Positions 12,862-24,359 of a stretch of DNA of 64,000 nt are shown one piece after another (the first letter of the stretch is position 1; each line of letters starts with the position of its first letter). Source of the stretch: Podarcis melisellensis. Taxonomy: Eukaryota. Both the position numbers and the translations under genes were made by a program. Below the pieces are notes generated by a model. That model did not search any database, was not told the origin of the DNA, and was given only the letters and a program-made list of their open reading frames with translations. The stretch lies in the NCBI GenBank assembly GCA_964234715.1, contig OZ174276.1; one strand, given 5' to 3'.

Positions 12862-13758
12862 GTAAAAGGTGAATATTCATTACTACAGCTGTGTTGGTTA
12901 CAGGTCTGAACTCCTTGCAGAGTTGAAACAAGACAATTCCAAAGAAAGTGGTTTTTAGGTTACTTGCTGTGATTTTTGTTTAATAGAAAGCTATGTGTTG
13001 AAAGCAAACACAACATATCACAGCAAAATAAACCTTCATTTCAGAACTGCTCATCCTTTCTAAATCTGACACATAAAATATAAATACTTGAGAGTTGTAT
13101 CAAACCAACTCATTGTATGTGTCTAACAACTTCTGCAAGTGCCACACAAATTCCTCTCCCTCTTCTCCCCCCAGAACTGCTCCAGAGGGTTGAGGGAACC
13201 CTCAAGGCAGATTTGGGGTGTGTGCAGGGGCAGGAAAGGGAGAGGAAGTTCCACCCTGTTCACAAAAGTCATTCCACACATGCAATGATTTAGTAGGGTA
13301 CAACCTGAGTCACTAATAACTTTCCCACAACATGCTATTTTTTGTAATTCAAATAAACTGGCATGGCAACTTAAAAACTCTGTGGCATTTCTCTACACAT
13401 GGTGCCTTTCATAGAAGTATGTTGTGTAAGTGTGGTTGTGTCAATATTTTATGTTTGCATTATTCCAATTGGCACTATCAGCCATCTCTAGCTGCAGATA
13501 ACTTTAAGAATATATTATTATTTCTTCCATTTAAGTGTTCCACTCAATATGCATTAGTTATGGCACAGAAATGGCCATCGCCAGGGATACAACCATTTTT
13601 GGAAAACTGAGGAGCCGGTGAGGAGGAGAAACCTGCCTCCTGACCTCACCGACAACCCAAGTGCTAACCGCTAGGCCCTTGTTTTCCAACTGCCAGTGGT
13701 TAATGACACCTGGGTTTGCATCCCTGGCTATCACTAATGCTACAGAGCTCAATCTAAC

Positions 13759-13905
13759 CTGAGGGGAGAGAAACTGAGGCACTTGAGCACGAAGACTAGG
13801 CTGGGATGAGTTAAGAGGTTGCACTGGCGGTTGCTGCGGCTGTTGCATGGTCCTGGCTTGTGCTGCTCCGCTATTGCCAAACATACCCAGATTGCCACTC
13901 GGTAT
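13759..13905 (-). CDS. TNRC6C: TNRC6C exon ([13 protein letters not shown]...VPQFLSPQ), 147 nt
   Basis: Acceptor CATCCCACAG|AT, donor CAG|GTTAGA, phase 0-0. Confidence 0.94.
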
Positions 13906-14037
13906 CTGTGGGATGACAAGGTTAGAAGATTTAGGTTTCACAATTTTATAGCTTGTGACAGTCACTGTAGACTAGCTCAAGACATTAGCAAACAAAGGAG
14001 CTCTCATGCAGATTAGCAGCAGGTGAAGGGTTTAAAG

Positions 14038-14173
14038 CAGTGATGGCCAAACCTGGCCCTCCAGCTGTTTTGGGGCTACAATTCCCATCATCCCTGACCA
14101 CTAGTCCTGCTAGCTAGGGGTGAGGGGAGTTGTAGTCCCAAAACAGCTGGAGGGCCAAGTATGGCCATCACTG
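14038..14173. mobile_element. Palindromic hAT-type MITE, 136 bp
   Basis: Nearly the whole element is an inverted repeat (CAGTGATGGCCA...TGGCCATCACTG); perfect 8-bp TSD GTTTAAAG at 14030-14037 and 14174-14181. Confidence 0.92.
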
Positions 14174-15029
14174 GTTTAAAGTATAGCAAACTGAAACATC
14201 AGTAGGCATGTACCATCAGTAAGAGTTTGGTACAAATACATCAGTTGACCTAAATTACTCACGCAGCCAAGCATGTTCACTTTGTGGAAGAAGAAGGCTG
14301 GCAATGATGCCACTGAAAGTGCTGCAACAGCATGGGGATCTGCCACAGAAATTGCTTATCAAATGCAATGCAAGCAACTGGATGCAGATACAAATAGCCA
14401 CCCTTAAAGATAGTTGCATGTCTAAAGCAGGCTTAAATTTCGCTTTCAAAATGAGTCAATCATAATCTACATGTATGTGAATTACCTTTATCTAGGAAAT
14501 GACTTTTTTCCTTGGACATATAGTATAAAGCTTTCCCCTCTAGTTTCAGTAAAAAAAATAAAAATAAAAATACATTGCACATGTGGAATGTATGTCATAA
14601 AAATATAGATTTGGGTACTGGAATGCATTTGGGCATCCTGCTTTGACCATTGTTTGCTCTTCCTAATGGTCATGCCTGAGCAGAAGGGAGGAAGCATCTT
14701 CATATTATGCTAAACTATAGTTAAGTGTGATGTCCAAATGTGGCCAAAGTAAAAATGAATTACTATTATTCTGATAAGTTTGGGTCAACATTCCAGCTTA
14801 TCCTTTTATCACCTTCGCTTTAAAAACAGAAACAAAAACCACTTGTACCATGTAGTTTCCTGATTATCAACTATGACACATAGTTACAATGTTTGGGGCT
14901 TTTTAGCTCATGCAAAAGGCAACTGGGGCATCTGAAACAAATTACGTATGGTGTCAAGAAACTGGATAGTCTCACAGTATTAGAACCTGGGATAATCCAT
15001 TGAAGCTGAATGGTAGGAGATTCAAGACA

Positions 15030-15240
15030 GACAAACTTCTTTACACAGTAAGCTATCCACCCTGGATAGCTTAGAGGGTGAATAGACAAATTCATGGAGC
15101 ATAAGACTATCAATAGCTATACTGTACATTATCTCCAATCTCCAATATGCCTCTGAATACCAGTTACAGAGGAGCACAAGTGCTAAGGAACTTCTGTTTT
15201 GCTTGTGGGCTTGGCCACTGTAGGAACAGGATGCTGGCAT
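15030..15240 (+). mobile_element. Degenerate CR1 LINE 3' end
   Basis: AGACAAATTCATGGAG..TAAGACTATCAAT and TTGGCCACTGT..GAACAGGATGCTGG resemble squamate CR1 3' ends; boundaries approximate. Confidence 0.6.
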
Positions 15241-15266
15241 TTAACAATGCCTTGCCAGCTCAAATA

Positions 15267-15508
15267 CAGTGGTACCTCTGGTTACAAACGCTTCTGGCTA
15301 CGGATGCTTCGGGTTACGAACTCTGCTAACCCAGTAGTAGCTGCTCCTGGTTGCAAATTCTGCTCCAGGATGTGAAGGGAAATTGTGTGCCAGAGGTGCG
15401 CACACAGCGGGAGGTCCCATTAGTGAAAGCGCGCCTCAGGATAAGAATGGTTTCAGCTTAAGAACGGACCTCCGGAATGAATTAAGTTCGTAACCAGAGG
15501 TACCACTG
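15267..15508. mobile_element. Non-autonomous Tc1/mariner MITE, same family as 8983-9208
   Basis: Perfect 19-bp TIRs CAGTGGTACCTCTGGTTAC / GTAACCAGAGGTACCACTG, TA flanks, internal sequence similar to the 8983 copy. Confidence 0.92.
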
Positions 15509-16165
15509 TATAAATAATTTGGTCCATCGGTTTTAGAGCACAGCGTTGACATTACAGTGTAAGCAATGGCAAAAGGGCAAATATTTGGTTTCTCTAGTCA
15601 AGTGCTCTATCATCTAGACTTGGAAGCAGCACCAAATGTGTGGATTGGACAGTTAAAAATGAATACTGGTCCTGTTCCACCTAACAAGCACATACTGCAA
15701 CCAAGAAAGCTTGAGGGTGGGGGAGAAGAGTGATATAAAGGCCCCAGTGTAGGGAAACCTTTCAACGTGTATGAGCTGAGAAGGCGAAGAGGAAGTAAGC
15801 AGGAGCGGCAAGAGCTATGAGCGGCAAGAAGTATGGTCTGTGTGAGGATGGGAAGGAGTGCCAGTGTGCAGGGACGCTGCGGGATGCACCAGAGGAGAAA
15901 AGGACCCAACAACAAAGACGGGAGGAACTGCGGGCAAGTAAGGGCAAGTTCTATAGCTAAGGACCTGTGGGAATCTTGGCGTGCAGTAACAACTGTCATT
16001 TGAAATACGCTTCGATGACAAGCTGATTTTTGACTTTTCATTCACTACTTTACCTTTGAGAAAAAGGAGCCTTAAAATGAAAAGCAAAGCCAAACAAATA
16101 TCTTGCTGACTAGCAAGCGCAAGCGTGCCGACATTCAAATAACTGTCACTCGAAAGATACCTTAC

Positions 16166-16315
16166 CTGTCTAGAAGAATTCAAGTTTTGCATGCCCAGCC
16201 CTGAGGCAATCCCACCCAGGGTCTGATTAGGGAGTGCACTGTTTGAAAGGGGGAGCTTCAGGCTTGGTGAAGGCAAAAATGGTGAAGTAGTGGGCTCTTC
16301 CACTAGGCCGCCATC
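16166..16315 (-). CDS. TNRC6C: TNRC6C exon (DGGLVEEP...MQNLNSSRQ), 150 nt; possible upstream in-frame acceptor at 16339
   Basis: Acceptor TTTTTTCAATCAG|GA, donor CAG|GTAAGG, phase 0-0. Confidence 0.93.
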
Positions 16316-18874
16316 CTGATTGAAAAAAGAAAGGGTGAGCTGTGTGCAGTGTCCAGGTACAGACAGTGCACAGAACAGTTTCCCATGGAAATATAAGTGG
16401 AACATGGATGAATAAAAGTTCAAAATATTGTTTAAAAAGGCATGAAGAATATATAATGAAAAGTATGGGGTGGAAGGGAGAAGAAAAAGAGAAACAGAAT
16501 TTAGATACTGTTTGTCTTTACTTTTCGCTTTGCATTTTGTAAATCTATAACTGAACAGTATTCTGTAGTATGAAAAATGGCAGGCATAAAAAGGGATGCT
16601 TGTTGTGACATTTTAAAAATAGGAATGTTACAGGGCAACCGATCCCTTGCCTCAAGAGGAATGGCAACAACACCCGCACAAGACAGACTTCTGTCTGATC
16701 ATTCCTTCCATGCCCACTTCATTTCCTTTCTTTTCTCTCAATTACAAAATAAAACAAAAGGGGAGGGGTTGGAGGACAAAAGGACATTCAATTCTTCTGA
16801 AAACCCTGAAAACCCTGATTGCATTTTTGGAACACTGCCATAAGCCAAAGTGGAAACAGAGTTATGAAAAAAGTTAGCAATTACAGGAGTTTCAGAAAGC
16901 TTTCTTCACTGATACTTTGGTAATATACATAATCAACAATTCCAATTTTAGGTAGTGTTCTAAATTGCAAATCAGCTGTTGAGAAAACTTGTTCCATTAA
17001 TCTTCTGTGTCATCTACAGTTAGGTACATGACAGACATTAAACTATTTTTAAACATTAGCATAGTAATCAGTATGTAAACAAACATCTGCTATTGAATGC
17101 AGGTGTATAACAATTTATTTTTAAATCAGTTACCAATTTGAGGGATGAGGAAGATGACAAGGGGGCTGCTATGTTGACAGTGTCCTAGTCTGAATGCCAT
17201 GTTTTAGAGCTAAGCAGAATTTTCAAAGAATTATGTATTGTCAACTGCAGCCCCAAGCATATTCCAGTTTATATGCATATAGGTTTCACTGGCATGAGTA
17301 GGACTTGAATAAGTGGGCTGAATTTTGTGTCTAATTCTTCAGCTTTGTCATAGCATAAACAAAAACCAAATTGTAACCCACCCAACCCAACCAATTTCCA
17401 GCTAAAAAATTCTTCAAAGAATTGGGAGCAAGAACATCCCATAAATTGGTGAGTTCATACATAACACTTCTAATCCCTCAAGAAAAATAAGGTTATCTCC
17501 TCCCTCCCTTGCATGCTTAAGAGTCAATTAAGTTTTGAACCAGGCAAGCCATCACCTCAGTGTTATCAAGCTGGTTTGTGCATATTCTCCAAACTATTAC
17601 TGGAAATCACAACTTAAAGTTGGTTCCTGGTTCTGGTTTGAAGGTCAGCCACAAAACATAGTTTGCCGATTTGGATGAAATGGCAAACAACAATTTGCCT
17701 AAAAGATGGGAAGGAGGAAATGCCATACTAAAGAGGAAGGGGCTTGCACAAAGCTTATTCCCAATCATCCAAACCATGGTTTGGAAGATTGGACACAGTA
17801 TATGTGAAACAATCCAAAATATCAAGAAGAAAACCTTACAGCAGAAGCTCTAGGTGGAGGAGGTTTGGGAAGTAATCTCATCTGTCTAAGTCTGTCTAGG
17901 AGGCCATCTTCTCCTAACCTATTCTAGGGGTATTCTGCTCTTCCCCCAAAAAATGCTTTTTTCTGTGTATAGCTAGTGTCTTTGGGGTTTAATGCAGGAT
18001 AAACACAGTGGGCCAGTGTCAACATAGGCTAAACTGTGATATAGTGTTACAAATTCATGAGCCAGGATACTTCCGACATTCATCAAGTGCCAGTTCAGAA
18101 ACATCTGCTAATCACAATCCCTTGTTATGTCATACTCGAGAAAACACTGTGCAAATGCTAGTTAGTGAGCAAGCTGGTATCATAAACTACAATTAGGCTC
18201 TGGGTTTGTCTGAAGTAACCAAAGTTCTTAGAGTCATAATGGTTAATTTAACAACAAAAGAGAAAGTTTTCAATCACCTCTTCTTGTATGCAAGAGGAGA
18301 AAAGGTAGAGTGCATAACTTGTGCATGTATTTCCCCCCCTTAAAATGTTAAGTGGTATATTAATTTTGTAAATAAACAAACATTGTAAATGGTTCCTGGG
18401 GCTATTGGTTCCTCCCCTTCCTCATGGTTTCCCCCATCCTACTGACATACAGATGTCTTCTGAAAACTTCTTTATTTCAACAAGCCTACCTAGATGTATA
18501 ATTTAGTTGGGTATATTTGTTTTAATTTTATCTGTGTTTTATTGATAATTATCATATTATGTTCACTGATTAGAGGTTTTTCTACATATAAAAAAACCCC
18601 TGAACTGCAGCAATCCATGAAGTTGGCAATCAGCCCCACACATGAGCTCAGAGGCCCAAGTACAGAATGTAGCAATTACAAGTTTCTTTAAATAAGAGGC
18701 TCTAGCCAGTGGGATATATGTTCCGAGACCCTCAGCTCACATGTGTGCCTGCCTGTCTCAATCTCATTCTTCTCAACACAGCTAGACAAGGAGAACAATT
18801 AGGAAGGGAAGGAGCAGGTTATGTTGGGAGGCACTGAAGATCAATGAGAAAGGGATGAAAGTAAGTGATAAGAA

Positions 18875-19010
18875 CAGGCATAGGCAGACTCGGCCCTCCA
18901 GATGTTTTGGAACTACAACTCCCATCATCCCTAGCTAACAGGACCAGTGGTCAGGGATGATGGGAGTTGTAGTCCCAAAACATCTGGAGGGCCGAGTTTG
19001 CCTATGCCTG
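18875..19010. mobile_element. Palindromic hAT-type MITE, 136 bp
   Basis: CAGGCATAGGCA...TGCCTATGCCTG; 8-bp TSD GATAAGAA/GACAAGAA; core GGCCCTCCAGATGTTTTGG.ACTACAACTCCCATCATCCC. Older degenerate copies lie near 21015-21135, 21355-21492, 28130-28255 and 46545-46665. Confidence 0.9.
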
Positions 19011-19046
19011 GACAAGAAGGACAAAGTGAGTCCTTGGTGAAGGGAA

Positions 19047-19049
<3 letters not shown>

Positions 19050-19087
<38 letters not shown>
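19050..19087 (+). repeat. (GT)n microsatellite, about 19 units
   Basis: Directly visible. Confidence 0.97.
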
Positions 19088-19090
<3 letters not shown>

Positions 19091-21735
19091 CTTACTTTTG
19101 AAACTGAACAGCAGGAGCCACAAGAAAAGGAGGGAGTGTGGGAAAAGGGGACTGCAAATTTAATCTGTGTGAGAGAACAGTGGAAGAGAAAGTGAATGTG
19201 TGAGTATGGTGTATGCTTCTGTATGTGTGTGAATAGATGGCTGGGGATTTCTATGTGTGAAAAGAGAATGAATGGATTTTTGTTGGGGTGAGGGGGAGGA
19301 AAACAGAGGTGTGGCTGCACACTTTGGGCTTTGGCCCTGCCCATTGCCCTCACATGGTCTTCAGCCACTTTTTCTCACAATAAATGCAGCTCTTCACTTA
19401 TAAAGTGTTATCCACCTCAATGCTAAGCTATTGGCATTACATCTGAACTGGCCTACATTTATCAATGTGCAGTGTCTGTGCTGTGGAGCAATTAATATAG
19501 AAGTAAGAACAGGGGCTTCTACTGCTACGCTGTGCCTGTCTGGAAGAACGATAGTAAACAAAAGCATGTCTTTCCCGCCCCCACTGGTTTAGTATCACAG
19601 ACTGCAGCAGGGTGCTGAGCAAAGGTTCTGCCCCTTGTGGAGCCAGATTATTCTCTGATGCTTAAATATCCCCTTCCGCAGGCAAATATTCTACAAGTAA
19701 AAGCCTGAAGTCATGTGGAAAAAAATCTCAATTTTGCTGTGTACTTTGCAAATAATTATAGCTTCACGAGTGTATGCATGCTCTTTTGTTAACTTGCTAA
19801 AAGCAGTAATTTTACAGCTAATTTGCATCATCTTCCCACCCACTCACTCAGAAGATTATTAAGTGTCAGGGAATAGCCCATGTTCCTAAAAAGGGTGAAA
19901 TATTGTTCCGTGCCAATCAAACATGAAATATCTGTGGAGTCCTAAATAAACTCCTGCTAATACAAGTTTTTCTGCCAACTCCTTGTAGAGGCCCATGAAA
20001 AGTTTCTTTATCAACCAATGTGATACTTAGTTTAGTGCTGGAAGGTCCTGAGGGAGGACACAGACATTTTCTAATCATATCCCCAAGGTCTTTCAGCTCA
20101 ACATGTTTCACATTCTGCAAGAATATCCGTCATGCTCCACAAACTGCAGCTTGCATGACAGTAACAGGTTCAAGGATTTCTTCTGTTCAGGTCATGAGCT
20201 GTTTGCTATCCTTTCTTGCCTCTTAAGCAGGAATACTTTTCAGTGTCCTATATATTCCTTCTACACAGGATTGGTTTGCTCTAAAAACCAAGGTTCCTAT
20301 TCACATACAAAATATTGTGTAATGCTTAAAAAGTCATTTGGTCTGAAGTTTGGCCTGAAGAAAGCTAGTACATAGCTGGAAGAAGGAGGAAAAGCATTCC
20401 TCAGAAGGGGAAAGTGGCCTTAACACTTCAAAGGCCAAAGAAACAGAAATGAGAATGAAATGTTTTGTTGTGATCCATACTCCATAGTCTGATCCACAAC
20501 AGAACTTTCAAGTATTGTATTTAGGTGCAATCCACCCCTGCACCTTTATGTGCTAATGCCACATAATAATTATTTTTCCAAGTTATGCTCCTGGTTAACA
20601 AGAAAAACTTCCCAAAAGTGTCCTATACCAATGGAAAAGGAATTCTGAGCATTTTCAGACTCAAAGGAGCCCTTCTGTTCACCAGGGGCGCAAGTCTGGA
20701 TGGAACACATGGTATTCATTTCTTGTGTTTGCAACCCTTAAAAACACAGACAAGTTTGATACTGTACCTAGAACTGTAAACTGTAGAAAAGCTGGTCTTT
20801 TCATAAACAAATAAAGGCACTTGCTAAGCATTTAATAATTTTAGAAATAACGTTTGGGATGCATATGATGATTACTTTATCTTGATGTCTCAATTACAGA
20901 CTCCAAAAGAAATGTTCTTCCTGGATTCTTATTCTCTGGAGCATTACAAATTGCCATGGCCAGAGATGGGATTTTGGATTTGGTAGATGTGTCAGTGCAG
21001 TGTTAGTGCATGTGGTGCCCTCCAGATGTTTTTATTCTACAACTTGCATCATCCCTGAGTGTTGGCCATGCTGGCTGGGGCTGATGCGAGTTGGAGCCCA
21101 ACAACATCTGGATGGCAGCCCATTGGTTGCTCCTGTACTAGAGTGTCTAAGGACAAACCTGTAAGAGAAGCTCCATGTAGTGGCTGGGCCTTTTTTAATT
21201 ATTCAATGTATTTGGGAATGTTTAAAAACTATTACTGGTGTCTCTCGATTACTTGGCAAAAGACAAGAGAAATAAATTATGTTTTTCATATTTCACATAT
21301 CCACACTGCAAGAGGATGTCTCAGCTCAATATTAAAAAAGATCTCTGCCTTATGGCAAGAATGGGAAACCTGTGGCTCTCCAGATGTTGTTGGACTCCAA
21401 ATCCCATCAGCTACAGGCAGCAGGGCCAGTGGTCAGGAATCATGAGCTGTAGTCTCAACAAGGTCTGGAGGCCCATAGGTTAGCCAGCCCTGCTAGAAAA
21501 TAACAGCTGGAAACAGCAAGTGGCGATATTGTGCTAATGCCAAATGTCTACACCTGCAGATGAAATAGGACATCTCACTCTCCAGTAACTATGCTTTCTT
21601 TTACTAGTAAGCTAAGAAGTAAAGGGAGCAGACTCATGAGGCAAAACAGTACATCTACCTGCCCCACCCACATTTTCCAGGTTAATCTAACTTTTAGAGT
21701 TTCTTCCCACTCTGCTTCCAGAGTGCTGCACCTAC

Positions 21736-21881
21736 CTTGTCAAGGAAGGTGGGGCGGTCCATGGAAGACTCTTTGGAGATCGGTGGTGGGCGGCAGCCAA
21801 GGGGTTTGGTGACCATTCCATTGTAGTCAGCCACACCCATTCCACGCTTGTCCATTTCCACCTTCTTTTCCAGCAGAGCAC
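21736..21881 (-). CDS. TNRC6C: TNRC6C exon (SALLEKKVEMDKRG...DRPTFLDK), 146 nt
   Basis: Acceptor TTTTTGCAG|GT, donor AAG|GTAGGT, phase 1-0. Confidence 0.94.
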
Positions 21882-22173
21882 CTGCAAAAAGTAAACACAA
21901 TATGAAGACACCAAAGAAAATGAGGGAAATGTCCCTAAATCAAGACAAAATAACTGTTGTACTGATACAACTATTGCTACACTCCCACTGATATTAATAC
22001 ACTTCATACTTGAAATTTAAAATGCATTTTGTCTTTTAAAACACTAAGATTGACACTCGATAATTTACAACTAACTCGATCCTTTGACATAATGCTGCTG
22101 GGAAAAGTGATGCGAATTTCATTATAACAGATCAACCCTCGCAGATGTCTATTTCAGTTACAAAAATACTTAC

Positions 22174-22231
22174 TCATGGCCTGATCTAGATTCATACTGT
22201 TACTCTTCAAGGCCTCTTCTGCTGGCTCTCT
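22174..22231 (-). CDS. TNRC6C: TNRC6C UBA exon (REPAEEALKSNSMNLDQAM), 58 nt
   Basis: Acceptor TTTTTGCAG|AG, donor TGA|GTAAGT, phase 0-1. Confidence 0.93.
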
Positions 22232-22672
22232 CTGCAAAAATGAGAAATTGCATTTTTTCACAACTATGAAACACAATGTAGATTTTACAAGAACTGTAAA
22301 ACAGGTGCAAGGGGAGACATACCTAGAGCTTTCAAACCATTCAACTGGTTGAAACAGGAATTTTGCAATCAAGTCAGTAATATATATGTAAAATTTGGAG
22401 CGAGATGGATTTGCTAGAAGCCATGATTCGGAGCACCTTACACCAACTACTTCCTCTCTTAAGACATCATAATCTGATGTGCTGATTTTGGCTGGGACTT
22501 ATGGAAGCTTGGGTCCACCAGCATCTGGGGGGCTACAGGTTCCTCATCACTGCTTAAGACCATGAAGCCAAAGCCAGAAGAAATACTAGCACATGAATAT
22601 TCCTGGACTAGAACCACATGATGGATGAGCTAGAAATTTACTAAATAAATAAACAAACCAAATGTTACTCAC

Positions 22673-22753
22673 TGGGAAGCCCATGTCTGTGAGCTGTTTT
22701 ATCAGACGGTTCATGATCCAGGCCTCATCTTGCTTACTAGATGTCTTCATGCC
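22673..22753 (-). CDS. TNRC6C: TNRC6C exon, start of UBA domain (GMKTSSKQDEAWIMNRLIKQLTDMGFP), 81 nt
   Basis: Read manually (too short for the ORF track); acceptor TTTTCTCAG|GG, donor CCA|GTGAGT; UBA MGF motif. Confidence 0.94.
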
Positions 22754-23355
22754 CTGAGAAAATGAATTGAGAGGAAAAATGGAAAACTTTTAAACAAGAA
22801 AACCCTACACTCAATTTAATTCAACAGGACTTACTTCTAGGTAACAGTATATAGGATTGCAGTCTAAATTTCTTTATAAGTTACTTTAAAGCTGGAAGTG
22901 GAAGCTTTCAGATTTACACAGATCTTATTCTATTATTCTTATTAATCTTTCTTATACAGTCAGCTGAGAAAGATTCCCACCTGTAAACCTCTTTTGCCCC
23001 TTATTTGTCAGAACTCATTCTGACTATGTGGTCTTTGCATAAATGTTGAAATACTGCAAAAATCAGATCTGTTTGTGTCTGTAAAGAACATGTGACTGAC
23101 ATCTACACCAGGGTGCAAAGGAATCTGTTAGGCAGGGCCACAGCATATCAACTGATTCTCTAGTCCATTCCAGCTTTCCAACACCATTTGAACATGACAA
23201 GTGATGGTAACTACAGGATAACAATCTTATTGTAGTGCTTTTTGAAAATGATGACTTTCATACTTTTATAAAACAGTTTGATAAAGTATAAAAAAATAAG
23301 TGCACGAACCATCTCATCTTACTGATTTTTATAACCCAGCTGTGCTTAGTCCTAC

Positions 23356-23525
23356 CTTTTGAAGTCCTTTCTTTGGAGCATTTCCCCAGGAGCTACAAGA
23401 GGAATTACTCTCTTGTGAAGCAGTATTATTCCACATATCTCCTTCTTCATCTTCCCACTGACTTGTACTGAGATTTACTTCATCTCCACCACTGCCCCAG
23501 CCTTCTTGCATAGAAGATTTAGAAG
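23356..23525 (-). CDS. TNRC6C: TNRC6C exon (ASKSSMQEGWGSGGDE...KKGLQK), 170 nt
   Basis: Acceptor TCCTCCTACAG|CT, donor AAG|GTAGGA, phase 1-0. Confidence 0.94.
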
Positions 23526-24152
23526 CTGTAGGAGGAATGGAACATTTCAGTTGACCTTCCTATACTTTAAAATCAATGGGCTTCGTTCACATGTATGAGT
23601 CAAGACTTAGCACAAACATGTGGGATCTCGCTGAGAAGGTAGCAACCACTTTGCTCCTCCTTCCAGCACTGTTGCACCACTGTGAGCCAAATCATGGCTT
23701 GGCTTAGTGGCTTATTCATCTGAACCTAGGCCTTTGATTTGTCTCATTCCAGACAAATCATGAATGAAAAGCCATTGTTCGGAGTGAGAAAAACCACGAG
23801 CCTGGGTTCAGGAAACACACTAAGCCAAATCACAAGAAGCTGATAGCAGGAGTAATGTGGCCACTATTCCCTCTCTAGGACCCCAGACGCTCAGATCACA
23901 CTAAGCATTATGTGCGAGTCAATATATTTGGATTTTTTTCCGAGCTTGTTCTGTATTTTACTGCTACATCTATTTGGAGAGCTTATGTCTGAATTAATAA
24001 AAAGAGCATAGGTTATACATGTTGGCCCGTTGTTTGTTGTAGAAGTGATCAAGCAGAATACCTGTTTAAGCTAAAAAAAAGTAATCTGTATGAAAACAGA
24101 ACTATAATTCTTCTTGCCAACTCAGCCAAGACAAATCAACACACACACTTAC

Positions 24153-24359
24153 CTGGTTTGCACAGTACTGGGGCAGCAGCTGGTGCACTTGCTCTTCCAT
24201 ATGACCCTGCTGACTCAGCAGAGTTATCTCCCCACCCTGTACCGCTGCTGGGAGGCTTTCCCCATGCTGAAGTGCCATTATCAACTGCAGCAGAAGGGGA
24301 GGAAGGCTCTCCCCATGAAGCTTCAGGCTTTGCATGGATAGCAGGCATCTCTCCCCAGC
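24153..24359 (-). CDS. TNRC6C: TNRC6C exon with Ago-hook motif (GWGEMPA...[11 protein letters not shown]...LCKP), 207 nt
   Basis: Acceptor TTTCAGCAG|GC (tandem NAGNAG), donor CAG|GTAAGT, phase 1-1. Confidence 0.94.

Noticed and set aside
18931-19368. ORFs with HTHTHT or VCVCVC runs
   Set aside because: Translation of a (GT)n microsatellite and the adjacent MITE.
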